Origin: Pseudanabaena sp. UWO311
Lineage (GTDB): Bacteria > Bacteroidota > Bacteroidia > Flavobacteriales > Flavobacteriaceae
Reading direction: 5' to 3'
Length of the DNA: 61,370 nt
NCBI GenBank assembly: GCA_943371725.1
Contig: CALRVY020000001.1
Span: 1-61,370, forward strand
The notes under the pieces are model-generated. The model saw only the letters and a program-made list of their open reading frames with translations, was not told the origin of the DNA and did no database searches. Of the stretch, positions 40,088 through 50,442 are shown piece after piece (the first letter of the stretch is position 1; every line of letters starts with the position of its first letter). Position numbers and translations under genes: made by a program.

Positions 40088-40372
40088 ATGAAAACCAGCA
40101 AAGATTTATCTGAAATCCAAATAGATCGAATCATTGAAATGGCTTGGGAAGATCGAACACCTTTCGATGCCATTAAAATGCAATTTGGCATTTCTGAACA
40201 GCAAACAATCGATATTATGCGTCGGGAAATGAAACCTTCGAGTTTCAAACTCTGGCGCGAGCGTGTTCAAGGACGTGCAACAAAACATGCAAAACTTCGA
40301 GAATCAGACGTTGATCGTTTTAAATGTACACGCCAACGTACTATTTCCAATAATAAAATTAGCAAACGCTAA
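40088..40372 (+). CDS. TIGR03643/DUF2805 family protein
   Basis: RIIEMAWEDRTPFDAI..QFG...SFKLWR.RV.GR.TKH. Confidence 0.85.
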   Translation: MKTSKDLSEIQIDRIIEMAWEDRTPFDAIKMQFGISEQQTIDIMRREMKPSSFKLWRERVQGRATKHAKLRESDVDRFKCTRQRTISNNKISKR

Positions 40373-40382
40373 ACCTTCAACT

Positions 40383-41312
40383 ATGCGTCCATTTCTTTTT
40401 GCCTTGCTGTTCGCGTTTTCAACGCATTTGTTCAGTCAGAATGTTACTGAAACCGAAATTAAAATTAACGATATAATAAACGGCACGCTATTTTCGACTT
40501 CAAAAGAGTATGATAAAGTGGTAATCGTTTCGGTTGGAAGTGGTCCGACAGATCGTTTTGGAAATCAAGCTGGCGCTGAAAACAACAGTATTAAATTCCT
40601 AGCAGAAGAATTAGCCAAAAAAGGAATTGCCGTTTTTAGTTACGATAAACGTTTCTTTGTTTTGGCGAAAAATCCTGATTTTAAGGAAGAATCTTTACGT
40701 TTTGAAGACCTAATTACCGACGCTAAAGCTGTTGCTAATTATTTTCAACAGCAAGCGCAAGTAAAAAAACTCTTCTTGCTCGGACATAGTGAAGGAGCAA
40801 TGGTTATGGCTGTTGCGGCGCAAGATTCTAATTTAACTAAGCTCAAAGGTTACGTTTCGCTTGCCGGTCCAGGACAGCCAGCCGGACAGATATTGGTTGA
40901 ACAAATTGCAAAGCAAGCGCCATTTCTTAAAGAAGAGACGCAAAAAGCAGTAGATCGACTAAACAAAGGAGAAACGTTTAAACTCGAAAACCAAATGTTG
41001 GCAAGCTTGTTTCGCGAATCGGTGCAACCTTATCTTATAAGCTGGTTTAAATACGATCCAGCTGTGGAAATCGCGAAAGTTAAAGCACCTATTTTAGTTG
41101 TTCAAGGAACCTCGGACATTCAAGTGAGCGAAAATGAAGCGAAAATCCTGGCAAGTGCTGCGAAAATAGAAAAGCCGATTATAATCGATAAAATGAACCA
41201 CGTTTTGAAAATCGTGAATTCACAGCAAGAAAATGGGGCGTCTTACAACGATAAAACAAAAGCTATATCAAGCGAACTAATTACCGCGATTTTCACTTTC
41301 TGCGCCAAGTAG
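40383..41312 (+). CDS. Secreted alpha/beta hydrolase
   Basis: Signal peptide MRPFLF; GSGPTDR, GHSEG, QGTSD and MNH motifs. Confidence 0.85.
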   Translation: MRPFLFALLFAFSTHLFSQNVTETEIKINDIINGTLFSTSKEYDKVVIVSVGSGPTDRFGNQAGAENNSIKFLAEELAKKGIAVFSYDKRFFVLAKNPDFKEESLRFEDLITDAKAVANYFQQQAQVKKLFLLGHSEGAMVMAVAAQDSNLTKLKGYVSLAGPGQPAGQILVEQIAKQAPFLKEETQKAVDRLNKGETFKLENQMLASLFRESVQPYLISWFKYDPAVEIAKVKAPILVVQGTSDIQVSENEAKILASAAKIEKPIIIDKMNHVLKIVNSQQENGASYNDKTKAISSELITAIFTFCAK

Positions 41313-41368
41313 TGTAACAAAAAACCAGTAAACGGTACTTACTTGAAAATCTAAAATCAAGAACGTAC

Positions 41369-43219
41369 ATGAAACAGTTTTTTCTCGCTGTTGTTTTTTT
41401 ATTCGCTTTCGGAGCAAATAATGCAACTGCACAAAAGACAAGCGTAAGTAAAATCAACGCTTCTATTAACCTAAACGAGGTTAAAGACGATGCCTTAGCG
41501 GTAAACATTACTTTCGAAGGAAAACTTCCGGCTGAAATTGTTTACCGATTACCGAAAACGATTCCAGGAACGTATTCAACAGCGAATTATGGTAAATATG
41601 TATTCGACTTTAAAGCTGTAAACAAGAAAAATGAGGCTTTAAAAGTTGAGAAAATCGACGAAAATTCCTTTAAAATTAGCGATGCCAAGAATTTAAAATC
41701 GATTACTTATTACGTAAACGATACTTTCGACCAAGAAAAAGGTGGGCAGTTTGGAGAAGAAATTTTTTCACCAGCGGGAACTAACATCCTTGCAGGAGTT
41801 AACTTCTATCTAAATACGCATGGTTTTATTGGTTATGTTGACGGATTGATGAATGTTCCTTACACTTTAAAAATTAGCCATCCGGAAAGTTTGTACGGAG
41901 CTACTTCAATGACCGACGCCGATGCTTCCAATACAAACGACGTATTTAATGCACCGCGTTATTCCGAGCTTATCGAAAATCCAATTATGTACAGCAAACC
42001 CGATTACGCTAGTTTTAAGGTTGGCGACATGGACATCATTATCGCAGTCTATGCACCTAAAGGCAATTTCAACGCAAAAATGCTCGAGCCTGAAATGAAG
42101 CGTATGATGACAGCCCAAAAGCAATTTTTAGGTTCTTTTAATGCAACAAAAAAATACGCTGTTTTGCTTTATCTGTCGGATTTACAAGCAGAAGACGCAA
42201 AAGGTTTTGGCGCTTTAGAGCATCCAACATCAACAACGGTGGTCATGCCAGAATCGCTTTCGCTAGAACAAATGAACGAATCGATGCGTGATGTTGTTTC
42301 GCACGAATTTTTTCACATCGTTACACCATTAACGATTCACTCGAAGGAAATTGCAGATTTTGATTTTGCAAATCCAAAGATGTCGGAACATTTGTGGATG
42401 TATGAAGGTGTTACAGAATATTTCGCAAACTTATTCCAGATCAACCAAGGTTTAATTTCCGAGGAAGATTTCTACAAAAGAATTAGCGGAAAAATGAAAA
42501 ATGCGGCACAAATGGATGATAGCATGTCGTTTACTGAAATGAGTAAGAATGTTTTAGTTGAGCCATACAAAACGCAGTACGTTAATGTGTACGAAAAAGG
42601 AGCGTTAATTGGTATGTGTGTGGATATCATCATAAGAGAAAAAAGTAACGGAAAGCGCGGCATTTTGGACATGATGCAAAAGTTATCGCAACTTTACGGC
42701 GTTGATAAAGCATTCAATGACAAGGAATTATTTGATAAAATTGCAGAAATTACGTATCCTGAGGTCAAACAATTCTTGATCACGCACGTACAAGGAACAA
42801 CCCCGATCGACTATAATGCCATTTTAGCAAAAGTGGGCGTTACGCCACAAGAAACTGAAATTTCAGGAAATCCGTTTATCGCAGGTCAAAGTCCGAGAAT
42901 ATCAGTTAATCCGCAAACAAAAGAAATTTATTTGTTAGCATTACCTGAAATTCCAGCTTTTTATACCAGTCTTGGAATTCAAGGAAACGACATTTTGTTG
43001 GCATTTAACGAGGTCAACTACAATTTAGATAACATTTACGACTTGATCAACGCAAGTGAAACATGGAAAGACGGTGATAAAATCACGATTAAGTACAAGC
43101 GCGATGGTGTTGAAAAAACGGCTTCTGGAACTATTGTGCTTCCGAAAGAAAAGTCGATGGGATTTAAAGCCACTGACACGTCGAAAGACGCATTAAAGCA
43201 AGCTTGGCTCAAAAAATAA
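41369..43219 (+). CDS. M61 family metallopeptidase with PDZ domain
   Basis: GALEH, SHEFFH and LWMYEG motifs; signal peptide. Confidence 0.9.
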   Translation: MKQFFLAVVFLFAFGANNATAQKTSVSKINASINLNEVKDDALAVNITFEGKLPAEIVYRLPKTIPGTYSTANYGKYVFDFKAVNKKNEALKVEKIDENSFKISDAKNLKSITYYVNDTFDQEKGGQFGEEIFSPAGTNILAGVNFYLNTHGFIGYVDGLMNVPYTLKISHPESLYGATSMTDADASNTNDVFNAPRYSELIENPIMYSKPDYASFKVGDMDIIIAVYAPKGNFNAKMLEPEMKRMMTAQKQFLGSFNATKKYAVLLYLSDLQAEDAKGFGALEHPTSTTVVMPESLSLEQMNESMRDVVSHEFFHIVTPLTIHSKEIADFDFANPKMSEHLWMYEGVTEYFANLFQINQGLISEEDFYKRISGKMKNAAQMDDSMSFTEMSKNVLVEPYKTQYVNVYEKGALIGMCVDIIIREKSNGKRGILDMMQKLSQLYGVDKAFNDKELFDKIAEITYPEVKQFLITHVQGTTPIDYNAILAKVGVTPQETEISGNPFIAGQSPRISVNPQTKEIYLLALPEIPAFYTSLGIQGNDILLAFNEVNYNLDNIYDLINASETWKDGDKITIKYKRDGVEKTASGTIVLPKEKSMGFKATDTSKDALKQAWLKK

Positions 43220-43246
43220 TGGATTAGTTATTTTTAAAGTTGTTTT

Positions 43247-43278
43247 AAAAGCGCTGCTGTAAAAAGTGGCGCTTTTTT
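43247..43278 (+). terminator. Intrinsic terminator
   Basis: AAAAGCGCTGCT...AGTGGCGCTTTTTT. Confidence 0.7.
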
Positions 43279-43343
43279 GTTTGGAAAAAAGTGAGAGAAT
43301 CCACGCTTAAATTTTTACTTTGCGAACCAAAATAAAAATAGAT

Positions 43344-44060
43344 ATGAGAATTTTACTTTTCAGTTTTGCTGCGGCTTTTTTATTGTTTTCTTGTAAAGAC
43401 GAAAAAAAACCAAACGGCAATTTACTGATCACGGGAACGGTTAAAGATTTAAAAGCGGGGAAACTCTATTTAAAGGAACAAATGGACAGTACTTTAACAA
43501 CGCTTGATTCTTTAGTAATTGATGGAAATTCAAATTTTGAATTCGATTTAACGATTGAAGGTCCAAAAATGTTGTACTTGTTTTTAGATCGAGGCGTTAC
43601 CAGCTCTATGGACGATGTTTTACCCATTTTCGTAGAAAAAGGAACCATAACCATCGATACACAATTAGAGGGTTTCTACGCCAATGCAAAAGTAACTGGA
43701 AGTGAAAACCAGAAATTGCTAGAAGAGTACAAAAAAATGCAATCGCGCTATACCAATATCAATTTGGATTTACAGCAACAGCGACTAAATGCACTTCGTT
43801 TCAATAAAACATTTCGTTTAGACAGTATTGACAAAGCTTCCGCAGAAATTGTAAAAAAGATGTACTTAAGTGGAATCAATTTCTCATTAAATCATCGGGA
43901 TAAAGAAGTTGTTCCCTTTATTCTTACCACTGATTTGTACGACATGACTTTCAAGTATCTCGATACGATTTATAAAAATTTGGATCCTAAAGTCTTAAAA
44001 TCAAAAGACGGGCAAAAGCTGCAAAAGCTTTACGAGATTCGTAAAAACATGGAGCAATAG
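43344..44060 (+). CDS. DUF4369 lipoprotein
   Basis: Lipobox LFSC; ITGTVK.LK.GKLYL...DG...F pattern. Confidence 0.75.
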   Translation: MRILLFSFAAAFLLFSCKDEKKPNGNLLITGTVKDLKAGKLYLKEQMDSTLTTLDSLVIDGNSNFEFDLTIEGPKMLYLFLDRGVTSSMDDVLPIFVEKGTITIDTQLEGFYANAKVTGSENQKLLEEYKKMQSRYTNINLDLQQQRLNALRFNKTFRLDSIDKASAEIVKKMYLSGINFSLNHRDKEVVPFILTTDLYDMTFKYLDTIYKNLDPKVLKSKDGQKLQKLYEIRKNMEQ

Positions 44061-44087
44061 CGAAAATGACTATTGTTTGATAAAACA

Positions 44088-44119
44088 AAAAAGTCGCCTC
44101 GAAAGAAGCGACTTTTTTT
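44088..44119. terminator. Bidirectional terminator
   Basis: AAAAAAGTCGC...GCGACTTTTTT between convergent genes. Confidence 0.75.
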
Positions 44120-44123
44120 ATTG

Positions 44124-44197
44124 AGCCGATAGAGGGACTCGAACCCACGACCTGCTGATTACAAATCAGCTGCTCTAGCCAGCTGAGCTACACCGGC
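44124..44197 (-). tRNA. tRNA-Thr(TGT)
   Basis: GCCGGTGTAGCTCAGCTGGCTAGAGCAGCTGATTTGTAATCAGCAGGTCGTGGGTTCGAGTCCCTCTATCGGCT. Confidence 0.96.
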
Positions 44198-44272
44198 GTC
44201 TCAATACGGGTACAAATATAGGTTCAGAATTGATATTTGCAAAAGTTTTTTGAGATTTTTTTTGAGAAAAAA

Positions 44273-44542
44273 CTACGCTAAAGCATTGATTTTAGTAATC
44301 AATTGATTTGCAGTTTGTTCTAATTCCACATTGATTTGTCTGAAATGTGCTTTTTTATTCTCAACCTTCTTTGCATTCACTTTTGCAATTAAACTATCAA
44401 AAGCAGTGATTGCTTCTTCGATGATTGCATTTGATTCTGCAGATGGTTTTCCTGTAGTTGAGATTTCAATTAAATACACTGCCTCAATGATATCTCCCAA
44501 AACAAAATTGATATCTTTCTTTAAATTTCTAACGTTTGCCAT
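44273..44542 (-). CDS. Conserved Bacteroidota hypothetical protein
   Basis: MANVRNLKKDINFV.GD motif; helical. Confidence 0.75.
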   Translation of the reverse strand: MANVRNLKKDINFVLGDIIEAVYLIEISTTGKPSAESNAIIEEAITAFDSLIAKVNAKKVENKKAHFRQINVELEQTANQLITKINALA

Positions 44543-44591
44543 AATAATTTCAGCTAATTTGGCGGCAAAGGTACACTTTTATTGTTCAAAA

Positions 44592-45572
44592 TCAGTTTCC
44601 CACGAAAACCTCTAAAAATGTTGCTTCGCCTTTAAATAAAATTGGATTGCTTAAAGCAGCCGGAACTAAAAAAGTTTGACCCGCTTTAACCTCGAGCACG
44701 GTCTCGCCAAAGTGCAAGTCGATGCAACCGCTAACTACCATGAAAACAGTAAATACGTCGCGATCAGGAACCAGATAGGTACTCCCCTGGCTCAACTGAA
44801 CCTCGAATGTATTGAAATACGGACACTCAACTAAAATAGAAGTCGCCGTGGTACTCTTACTGACTTTCGCATCGTTTGCATCAAAATTAATCGCATCGAG
44901 CGATTCTTCGATGTGCAGCTGCCGTTTCTTTCCGTCTTGATCAATGCGATCAAAATCGTAAATACGGTAGGTAATATCCGATGTTTGCTGAATTTCTGCA
45001 ATGACAATGCCAGCACCTATCGCGTGTACGGTTCCCGTTTCAAGAAAAAAAGTGTCGCCTTTCTGAACTTCGTAATGCTTCATCAAGTCGGTAACCGTAC
45101 TTGAATCAATTGCCGACTTAAATTCGTCTATTGAGATGTTTTCATTAAATCCGGCGATAAGTTCCGAACCCGTATCGGCCTGAACTACATACCACATTTC
45201 GGTTTTTCCAAAACTGTTATGTCGCTTCTGAGCTAAAGCATCGTTTGGATGCACCTGAATCGACAGCTGTTCTCGGGCATCTAAAAGTTTAAATAACAAC
45301 GGCAGTTGGTTCCCATACTTTTCAACAATCGAAGCTCCCAAAATATCGTTTCCATAATCTTGAAGTAATTCGTTGATGTTCTTTCCAGTGTAAACTCCGT
45401 TTGCTACTACGCTGGGCGCTTCCGACAAACCGCTCAACTCCCAACTTTCGCCAATTCGGTCGTTAGGAATTTCTTTATTAAAGAGCGTTTTTAACTTATT
45501 TCCGCCCCAAATTCGATACTGAAAAATAGGATTAAAGAAAAGCGGATAGGATTGAAAACTATTTTCCGTCAT
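44592..45572 (-). CDS. manA: Mannose-6-phosphate isomerase class I
   Basis: IWGG, GESWE, LSIQVHP, GKTEMWY and EIQQTSD motifs. Confidence 0.92.
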   Translation of the reverse strand: MTENSFQSYPLFFNPIFQYRIWGGNKLKTLFNKEIPNDRIGESWELSGLSEAPSVVANGVYTGKNINELLQDYGNDILGASIVEKYGNQLPLLFKLLDAREQLSIQVHPNDALAQKRHNSFGKTEMWYVVQADTGSELIAGFNENISIDEFKSAIDSSTVTDLMKHYEVQKGDTFFLETGTVHAIGAGIVIAEIQQTSDITYRIYDFDRIDQDGKKRQLHIEESLDAINFDANDAKVSKSTTATSILVECPYFNTFEVQLSQGSTYLVPDRDVFTVFMVVSGCIDLHFGETVLEVKAGQTFLVPAALSNPILFKGEATFLEVFVGN

Positions 45573-45969
45573 AGCTCACAAAATTTCGTGGTGTTTCGTA
45601 AAGTGTGATATTCAAATCGAGGTGCTCAGGCAACTTTGGTTTCATTTTGTGATAAATAACGTATGCAATGTGCTCGGCCGTTGGATTTAAATCTGCGAAC
45701 TCTTCGCAATCCAAATTTAGATTTTTATGATCAAACTTTTGCTCTACTTCGGCTTTTATTAAGTCAGCTAAAATCTTAACATCCATCACATAACCCGTTT
45801 CGGGATCAACTTCACCTGTTACCGAGGCAATCAATTCGTAATTGTGTCCGTGAAAATTTGGATTATTGCACTTTCCAAAAACCTGTTGATTTTTCTCAAA
45901 CGACCAGTCTTTTCGATACAATCGGTGTGCAGCGTTAAAATGTGCATGTCTACTAACAGTTACTCTCAT
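45559..45969 (-). CDS. queD: 6-carboxy/6-pyruvoyl-tetrahydropterin synthase
   Basis: FNAAH, CNNPNFHGHNY, DHKNLN and ET motifs. Confidence 0.85.
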   Translation of the reverse strand: MRVTVSRHAHFNAAHRLYRKDWSFEKNQQVFGKCNNPNFHGHNYELIASVTGEVDPETGYVMDVKILADLIKAEVEQKFDHKNLNLDCEEFADLNPTAEHIAYVIYHKMKPKLPEHLDLNITLYETPRNFVSYDGK

Positions 45970-46511
45970 TCAGTTGGTAAGTTATGTGATTCAAAATAGT
46001 GATAAAACTCATCGAAAATAATTTTAAACCACGCGGTGTAAATTTCGGGATGTGCTAACATATCGGCTTTGATTGCTTCGATCGACATCCATTTCCAATC
46101 GGCTACTTCGTCGGGATTGATTTGCGGCGAATCGTTAAAATAACCGATCAAAACATGGTCGAGTTCGTGTTCGGTTAAACCGTTGTCGAACGGCGCTTTG
46201 TAAATAAAATGAAATACTTCATTTAGAGGCGTTTCAAAACCCATTTCCTCTCGCAAACGACGCGTTCCTGCCTCGATATTGCTTTCGCCATCGCGCTGAT
46301 GACTGCAGCAGGTGTTTGTCCACAATAAAGGTGAATGATACTTATGCGCAGCGCGTTGTTGCAGCATAACTTCCTTCTTTGAATTCAATATAAAAACCGA
46401 AAAAGCCCTATGTAATACCGCTTTTTCGTGCGCTTCAAGCTTTGGCATTAGCCCGATTTGCGTATCGTTTTCATCAACTAAAATAACCAACTCTTCAAGC
46501 ATCAAATACAA
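45966..46511 (-). CDS. idi: Isopentenyl-diphosphate delta-isomerase type 1
   Basis: LHRAFS, WTNTCCSH and EHELDH motifs. Confidence 0.95.
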   Translation of the reverse strand: MYLMLEELVILVDENDTQIGLMPKLEAHEKAVLHRAFSVFILNSKKEVMLQQRAAHKYHSPLLWTNTCCSHQRDGESNIEAGTRRLREEMGFETPLNEVFHFIYKAPFDNGLTEHELDHVLIGYFNDSPQINPDEVADWKWMSIEAIKADMLAHPEIYTAWFKIIFDEFYHYFESHNLPTE

Positions 46512-46672
46512 AATTGAATTTACAAGTTATGTTCCATTTTTTAAAACAATCTACAAAGATACCAATACCAAAGTGTATCGAATCGCTATTTTAATGTTTT
46601 CACAACAATTGTTCTCATTTTAAATGCAGCGCAATGATTTATTGTTAAACACAATCTTGATTCGACTTCAAA

Positions 46673-48229
46673 CTACAACAAATTGGCAACCGCCTTTGCA
46701 CATTTTTCGCCATCGATAGCGGCCGAAATAATACCGCCTGCAAAACCAGCTCCTTCGCCACACGGAAACAAACCAGCAATTTCGGGATGTTGTAATGTTT
46801 CATGATCTCTGGGAATGCGCACCGGACTTGAAGTTCTTGATTCTGGCGCGTGTAAAATAGCATCGTTTGTTAAGTAACCGCGCATGCTTTTCCCGAATTC
46901 TACAAATCCGACACGCAATGTTTCTGCTATAAACTTGGGGAAAACCGCACCGAGTTCAACCGAACTCGTTCCCGGAACATACGATGTTTTTGGTATTTCA
47001 GCTGAAACTTTTCGTTGCGTAAAGTCGACCATGCGTTGTGCCGGAACGCGTTGCGATTCGCCGGCTAATTTCCACGCTTGTTGTTCTATTTGTTTTTGGA
47101 ATTCCAATCCTGCCAATGCGCCAAATTTGGCAAAAGGTTTGAAATCATCCAATCCCAACTCAACAACGATTCCACTGTTTGACGTTGCTTGATCGCGTTT
47201 CGAAGGCGACCAACCGTTTGTAACCACTTCACCAGGAGCAGTTGCGCAAGGAGCAATTACGCCACCTGGACACATGCAAAACGAATACATACCGCGACCG
47301 TTAACTTGCTTTACAATACTGTAAGGCGCGGGCGGCAACAACGGACCACGATCGGCGCAAGAATACTGAATTTGATCAATCAAACTTTGCTGGTGCTCAA
47401 TTCGAACACCTAAGGCAAAAGGTTTGGCTTCAATTAAAATTTGTTTATGGTGTAAAAGCTCGAAAATGTCGCGAGCAGAGTGTCCGGTTGCTAAAATAAC
47501 CGCGTCGGTTGCTATTTTATCATTGCCATTCACTTCAACTCCTTTTATTTTTCTGCTTTGAACAATAAAATCGGTTAGTTTCGACTCAAATAGCACTTCG
47601 CCGCCGTGGGCAATAATGCACTCGCGAATGTCTTTAATAATTTGTGGAAGCTTGTTGGTTCCGATATGCGGATGCGCTTCGACTAAAATTTCGGAAGTTG
47701 CGCCAAAGGCAACCAAAAGATGCAAAATACGGTCGATATCGCCGCGCTTTTTCGAACGTGTGTACAACTTTCCGTCGGAATAGGTCCCTGCGCCGCCTTC
47801 GCCAAAGCAATAATTCGATTCTGGATTTACCACGTGATCGCGGTTAATCGCTTTTAAATCGCGACGTCTTGCTTGCACATCTTTTCCGCGCTCGATTACT
47901 ATAGGTTTCAGTCCCAATTCAATGAGTTGCAAAGCGGCAAATAAACCTGCAGGTCCGGCTCCTACAACAACAACAGGTTTTGCGTGAGTAACATTTTGGT
48001 ACTTGGGTAGAGAAATTGCACGTTCAAAAGGAGCTTCGCCTTGGAAGCGCACATCGAGCTTTAAATTGATTTTAATTAGCTTTTGCCGGGCGTCAATGGA
48101 GCGTTTTAAAACAACGCAGGTATCAATCTCGGCGTAAGACACTTGCAAAAGCCGCGCAACATGACTCTTAATTAACTCGGGATTTGCTGCAATTTCGGGC
48201 GTTACTTGAACAAGCAATTCTTTTGACAT
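46673..48229 (-). CDS. NAD(P)/FAD-dependent oxidoreductase
   Basis: GAGPAG, FGEGGAGTYSDGKL, FCMCPGG and GEGAG motifs. Confidence 0.88.
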   Translation of the reverse strand: MSKELLVQVTPEIAANPELIKSHVARLLQVSYAEIDTCVVLKRSIDARQKLIKINLKLDVRFQGEAPFERAISLPKYQNVTHAKPVVVVGAGPAGLFAALQLIELGLKPIVIERGKDVQARRRDLKAINRDHVVNPESNYCFGEGGAGTYSDGKLYTRSKKRGDIDRILHLLVAFGATSEILVEAHPHIGTNKLPQIIKDIRECIIAHGGEVLFESKLTDFIVQSRKIKGVEVNGNDKIATDAVILATGHSARDIFELLHHKQILIEAKPFALGVRIEHQQSLIDQIQYSCADRGPLLPPAPYSIVKQVNGRGMYSFCMCPGGVIAPCATAPGEVVTNGWSPSKRDQATSNSGIVVELGLDDFKPFAKFGALAGLEFQKQIEQQAWKLAGESQRVPAQRMVDFTQRKVSAEIPKTSYVPGTSSVELGAVFPKFIAETLRVGFVEFGKSMRGYLTNDAILHAPESRTSSPVRIPRDHETLQHPEIAGLFPCGEGAGFAGGIISAAIDGEKCAKAVANLL

Positions 48230-48315
48230 GCCGCAAAGGTAAAAAATAGCAACTCCAATCGAAAGCGAATACTTTGTCTAGATGTTTTCTTTTTGAGAAG
48301 ATAGCCGACTTTGAT

Positions 48316-48404
48316 ACGTTGACCATTTAACGTATTGGTTTGAAGTATTAAGACCTTAGTATTAAGACTTTGGTATTAAGAATAAAGACTTTGGTATTAA
48401 GACC
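48316..48404. repeat. GTATTAAGAC short-repeat cluster related to the 205-600 array
   Basis: Motifs at 48345, 48359, 48373 and 48394, preceded by ACGTTGACCATTTAACGTAT. Confidence 0.75.
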
Positions 48405-48572
48405 GAAATTTAGCTGATGGCGTGAATGTGTGCCTAAAATCTGTTTTTGTAGCTCCTAAGGTGTATTGCAAGATACTTTTCCAACGAAATCCTCAAGAAA
48501 TGTGGAACTAGAAGGAGGCCAAAAGCCGAACTATCTCTCAATCATTTCCTCTTTTTTATTCTTCTCATAACG

Positions 48573-48676
48573 AAATCTTTGAATCTTTAAATCTTTAAAT
48601 CTTTAAATCTCGAAATCTCGAAATCTCGAAATCTCGAAATCTTTAAATCTCGAAATCTTTAAATCTCGAAATCTTT
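48573..48676. repeat. 8-bp VNTR, 13 units of AAATCTTT/AAATCTCG
   Basis: Direct reading of units. Confidence 0.95.
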
Positions 48677-48682
48677 ACGAAG

Positions 48683-48820
48683 CTTATTCCGGCTGTTCGC
48701 TATAGTCCGCAAAAAATACGGTTTGTTCACGCTGCGGGTTTTGGGCTTCTTAGGTCGCCCGCACCCGCAGGTTCACAATACCGTATTTTTCTTACGGGCT
48801 GCCGCTACCATCCGGGCTAG
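48683..48820 (+). ncRNA. Flavo-1-like structured element
   Basis: CTTATTCCGGCTGTTCGCTA...GGGCTTCTTAGGTCGCCC...GCCGCTACCATCCGGGCTAG with paired internal stems. Confidence 0.65.
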
Positions 48821-49098
48821 GAAAATCGTTACAAACGTTTAAAGGAAAGAAGAATATTCGCTAAGGTTAGATGGAGGCAGGTGTCGAATTTTAACTCACT
48901 TTTCAAAAAAACTAACCTTTCAAGTAGATTAAACGTTACTATCTTTAAAAGGATTGAAAGAAATTACGGAAATGCAATAAATCTAGCAATTGTTGAATTC
49001 TCAGTATGATCTAAATACATTTTAACCTTAGACATGTAAAGTAAAAAATAACATCACTTTGACTATCTTTGTATTGCACAGGAAATCACTGTAAGATA

Positions 49099-50442
49099 AT
49101 GAAATTAACAATAAAAAATCTCGGCAAAATTGAAAACTGCCAGCTAGAATTAAATAATTTAACGATTCTTGTTGGTGATAATAACTCAGGAAAAACTTAT
49201 GTTACATACAGTATTTATGGCGCGTTAAAGTATTGGCAAGATTTCATAAACTATGCGAATTTTAAGGACGTCGAACAGAAAATTAAATCTGATGGTCAAA
49301 TTACTCTTAATCAAACGCAAATTATAGCGCTAGTTGACAAATCTATTAAAAATGAGAGTGAGAGATTCAAAAGAAGAATTAGAGATTTATTTAACGATAA
49401 AGAAAAAATATTCGATACTGCCTCAGTAAAAATTGAATTTGACAAACCTCAAAATTTTAAAAATTGTGAAAGAAAAATTCGAGTCGGCGAGAATATAAGT
49501 TTTGAGGGAAGTATAAAAAATAACAACCTAACATTTTTTTTTAAAAACTCTTCAAATGAGGAATTGAGTGACAGCATGATGCGAAATATTGTAGGGGACT
49601 TGTTTTCAATGTTAGTTTTTGATAGTATTTTTCCTGATCCAACTATTATTACAGCTGAAAGACTTGGTATATCATTGTTTTACAAGGAATTAGACGAAAG
49701 AAGAAACTCAATGATTGAGGGTTTACAAAAGCTTGACGATAAGGATGACAACACTCATCCCTTAGATTTTATTATTAATATGAGTGCTTATTATGCAACC
49801 CCAATAAGAGACCACATCGCATTCACAAGGAGCCTCGATAACATCAAAAAAAATCAAACTGAGTTGGATGTTAGTTACCCAGTTGAAATAATCAAAGAGA
49901 TTTTGGGGGCGGAATTTAAAAAAGAAAACAAGCAAGACATTAGATTTTATAACAAAAACAAGAAGAATAATCGATTTGATATACCGTTATATTTAGCATC
50001 ATCTTCTGCGAGATGTATAGTGGATATTTATTTCTACTTAAAGCATATTGCAAAAAAAGATGACGTTTTAATAATAGATGAACCTGAAAGTCATTTAACC
50101 CTACGTAATCAAAGATTAATGGCGAAATTGATTGCTGCAATAGTTAATTTAGGTATTCGAGTATTCATAACTACTCATAGTGATTTTTTGATCAAAGAAC
50201 TAAACAATCTTGTGCTCCTTAATAATGACTTTCCTGAAAAAGATGAGTGGCTTGCAAAAAATAAAAAGTTTTACAGTTCATCAGATAAACTCAGCAACGA
50301 TTTAATTTCTGTTTATCAAGCATTCCGAGGAACTTTAACCCCAATGAAAATCACAAATAAAGGGATAGAAATTCCTTTCTTTGATGATGAAATCAATTCA
50401 TTGTTTCACATGTCGTCTGACCTTGAATACTATATAGAATAA
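49099..50442 (+). CDS. ABC-type (AAA_15/AAA_21-like) ATPase, candidate defence gene
   Basis: Walker A GDNNSGKT, Walker B LIIDEPESHL, ITTHS switch; AT-rich. Confidence 0.8.
   Translation: MKLTIKNLGKIENCQLELNNLTILVGDNNSGKTYVTYSIYGALKYWQDFINYANFKDVEQKIKSDGQITLNQTQIIALVDKSIKNESERFKRRIRDLFNDKEKIFDTASVKIEFDKPQNFKNCERKIRVGENISFEGSIKNNNLTFFFKNSSNEELSDSMMRNIVGDLFSMLVFDSIFPDPTIITAERLGISLFYKELDERRNSMIEGLQKLDDKDDNTHPLDFIINMSAYYATPIRDHIAFTRSLDNIKKNQTELDVSYPVEIIKEILGAEFKKENKQDIRFYNKNKKNNRFDIPLYLASSSARCIVDIYFYLKHIAKKDDVLIIDEPESHLTLRNQRLMAKLIAAIVNLGIRVFITTHSDFLIKELNNLVLLNNDFPEKDEWLAKNKKFYSSSDKLSNDLISVYQAFRGTLTPMKITNKGIEIPFFDDEINSLFHMSSDLEYYIE

Noticed and set aside
40263-40382. N-terminal extensions in the ORF track (also 54001-54108, 9291-9362, 7840-7896)
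   Set aside because: Downstream ATGs give proper signal peptides or family N-termini and avoid overlaps.
41369-43219. M61 peptidase as activator of the gasdermin-like protein
   Set aside because: It is 4 kb away, carries a signal peptide (different compartment) and is a common housekeeping family.
44124-44197. tRNA-anchored integrative element at tRNA-Thr or tRNA-Val
   Set aside because: No integrase and no duplicated tRNA 3' end were seen.
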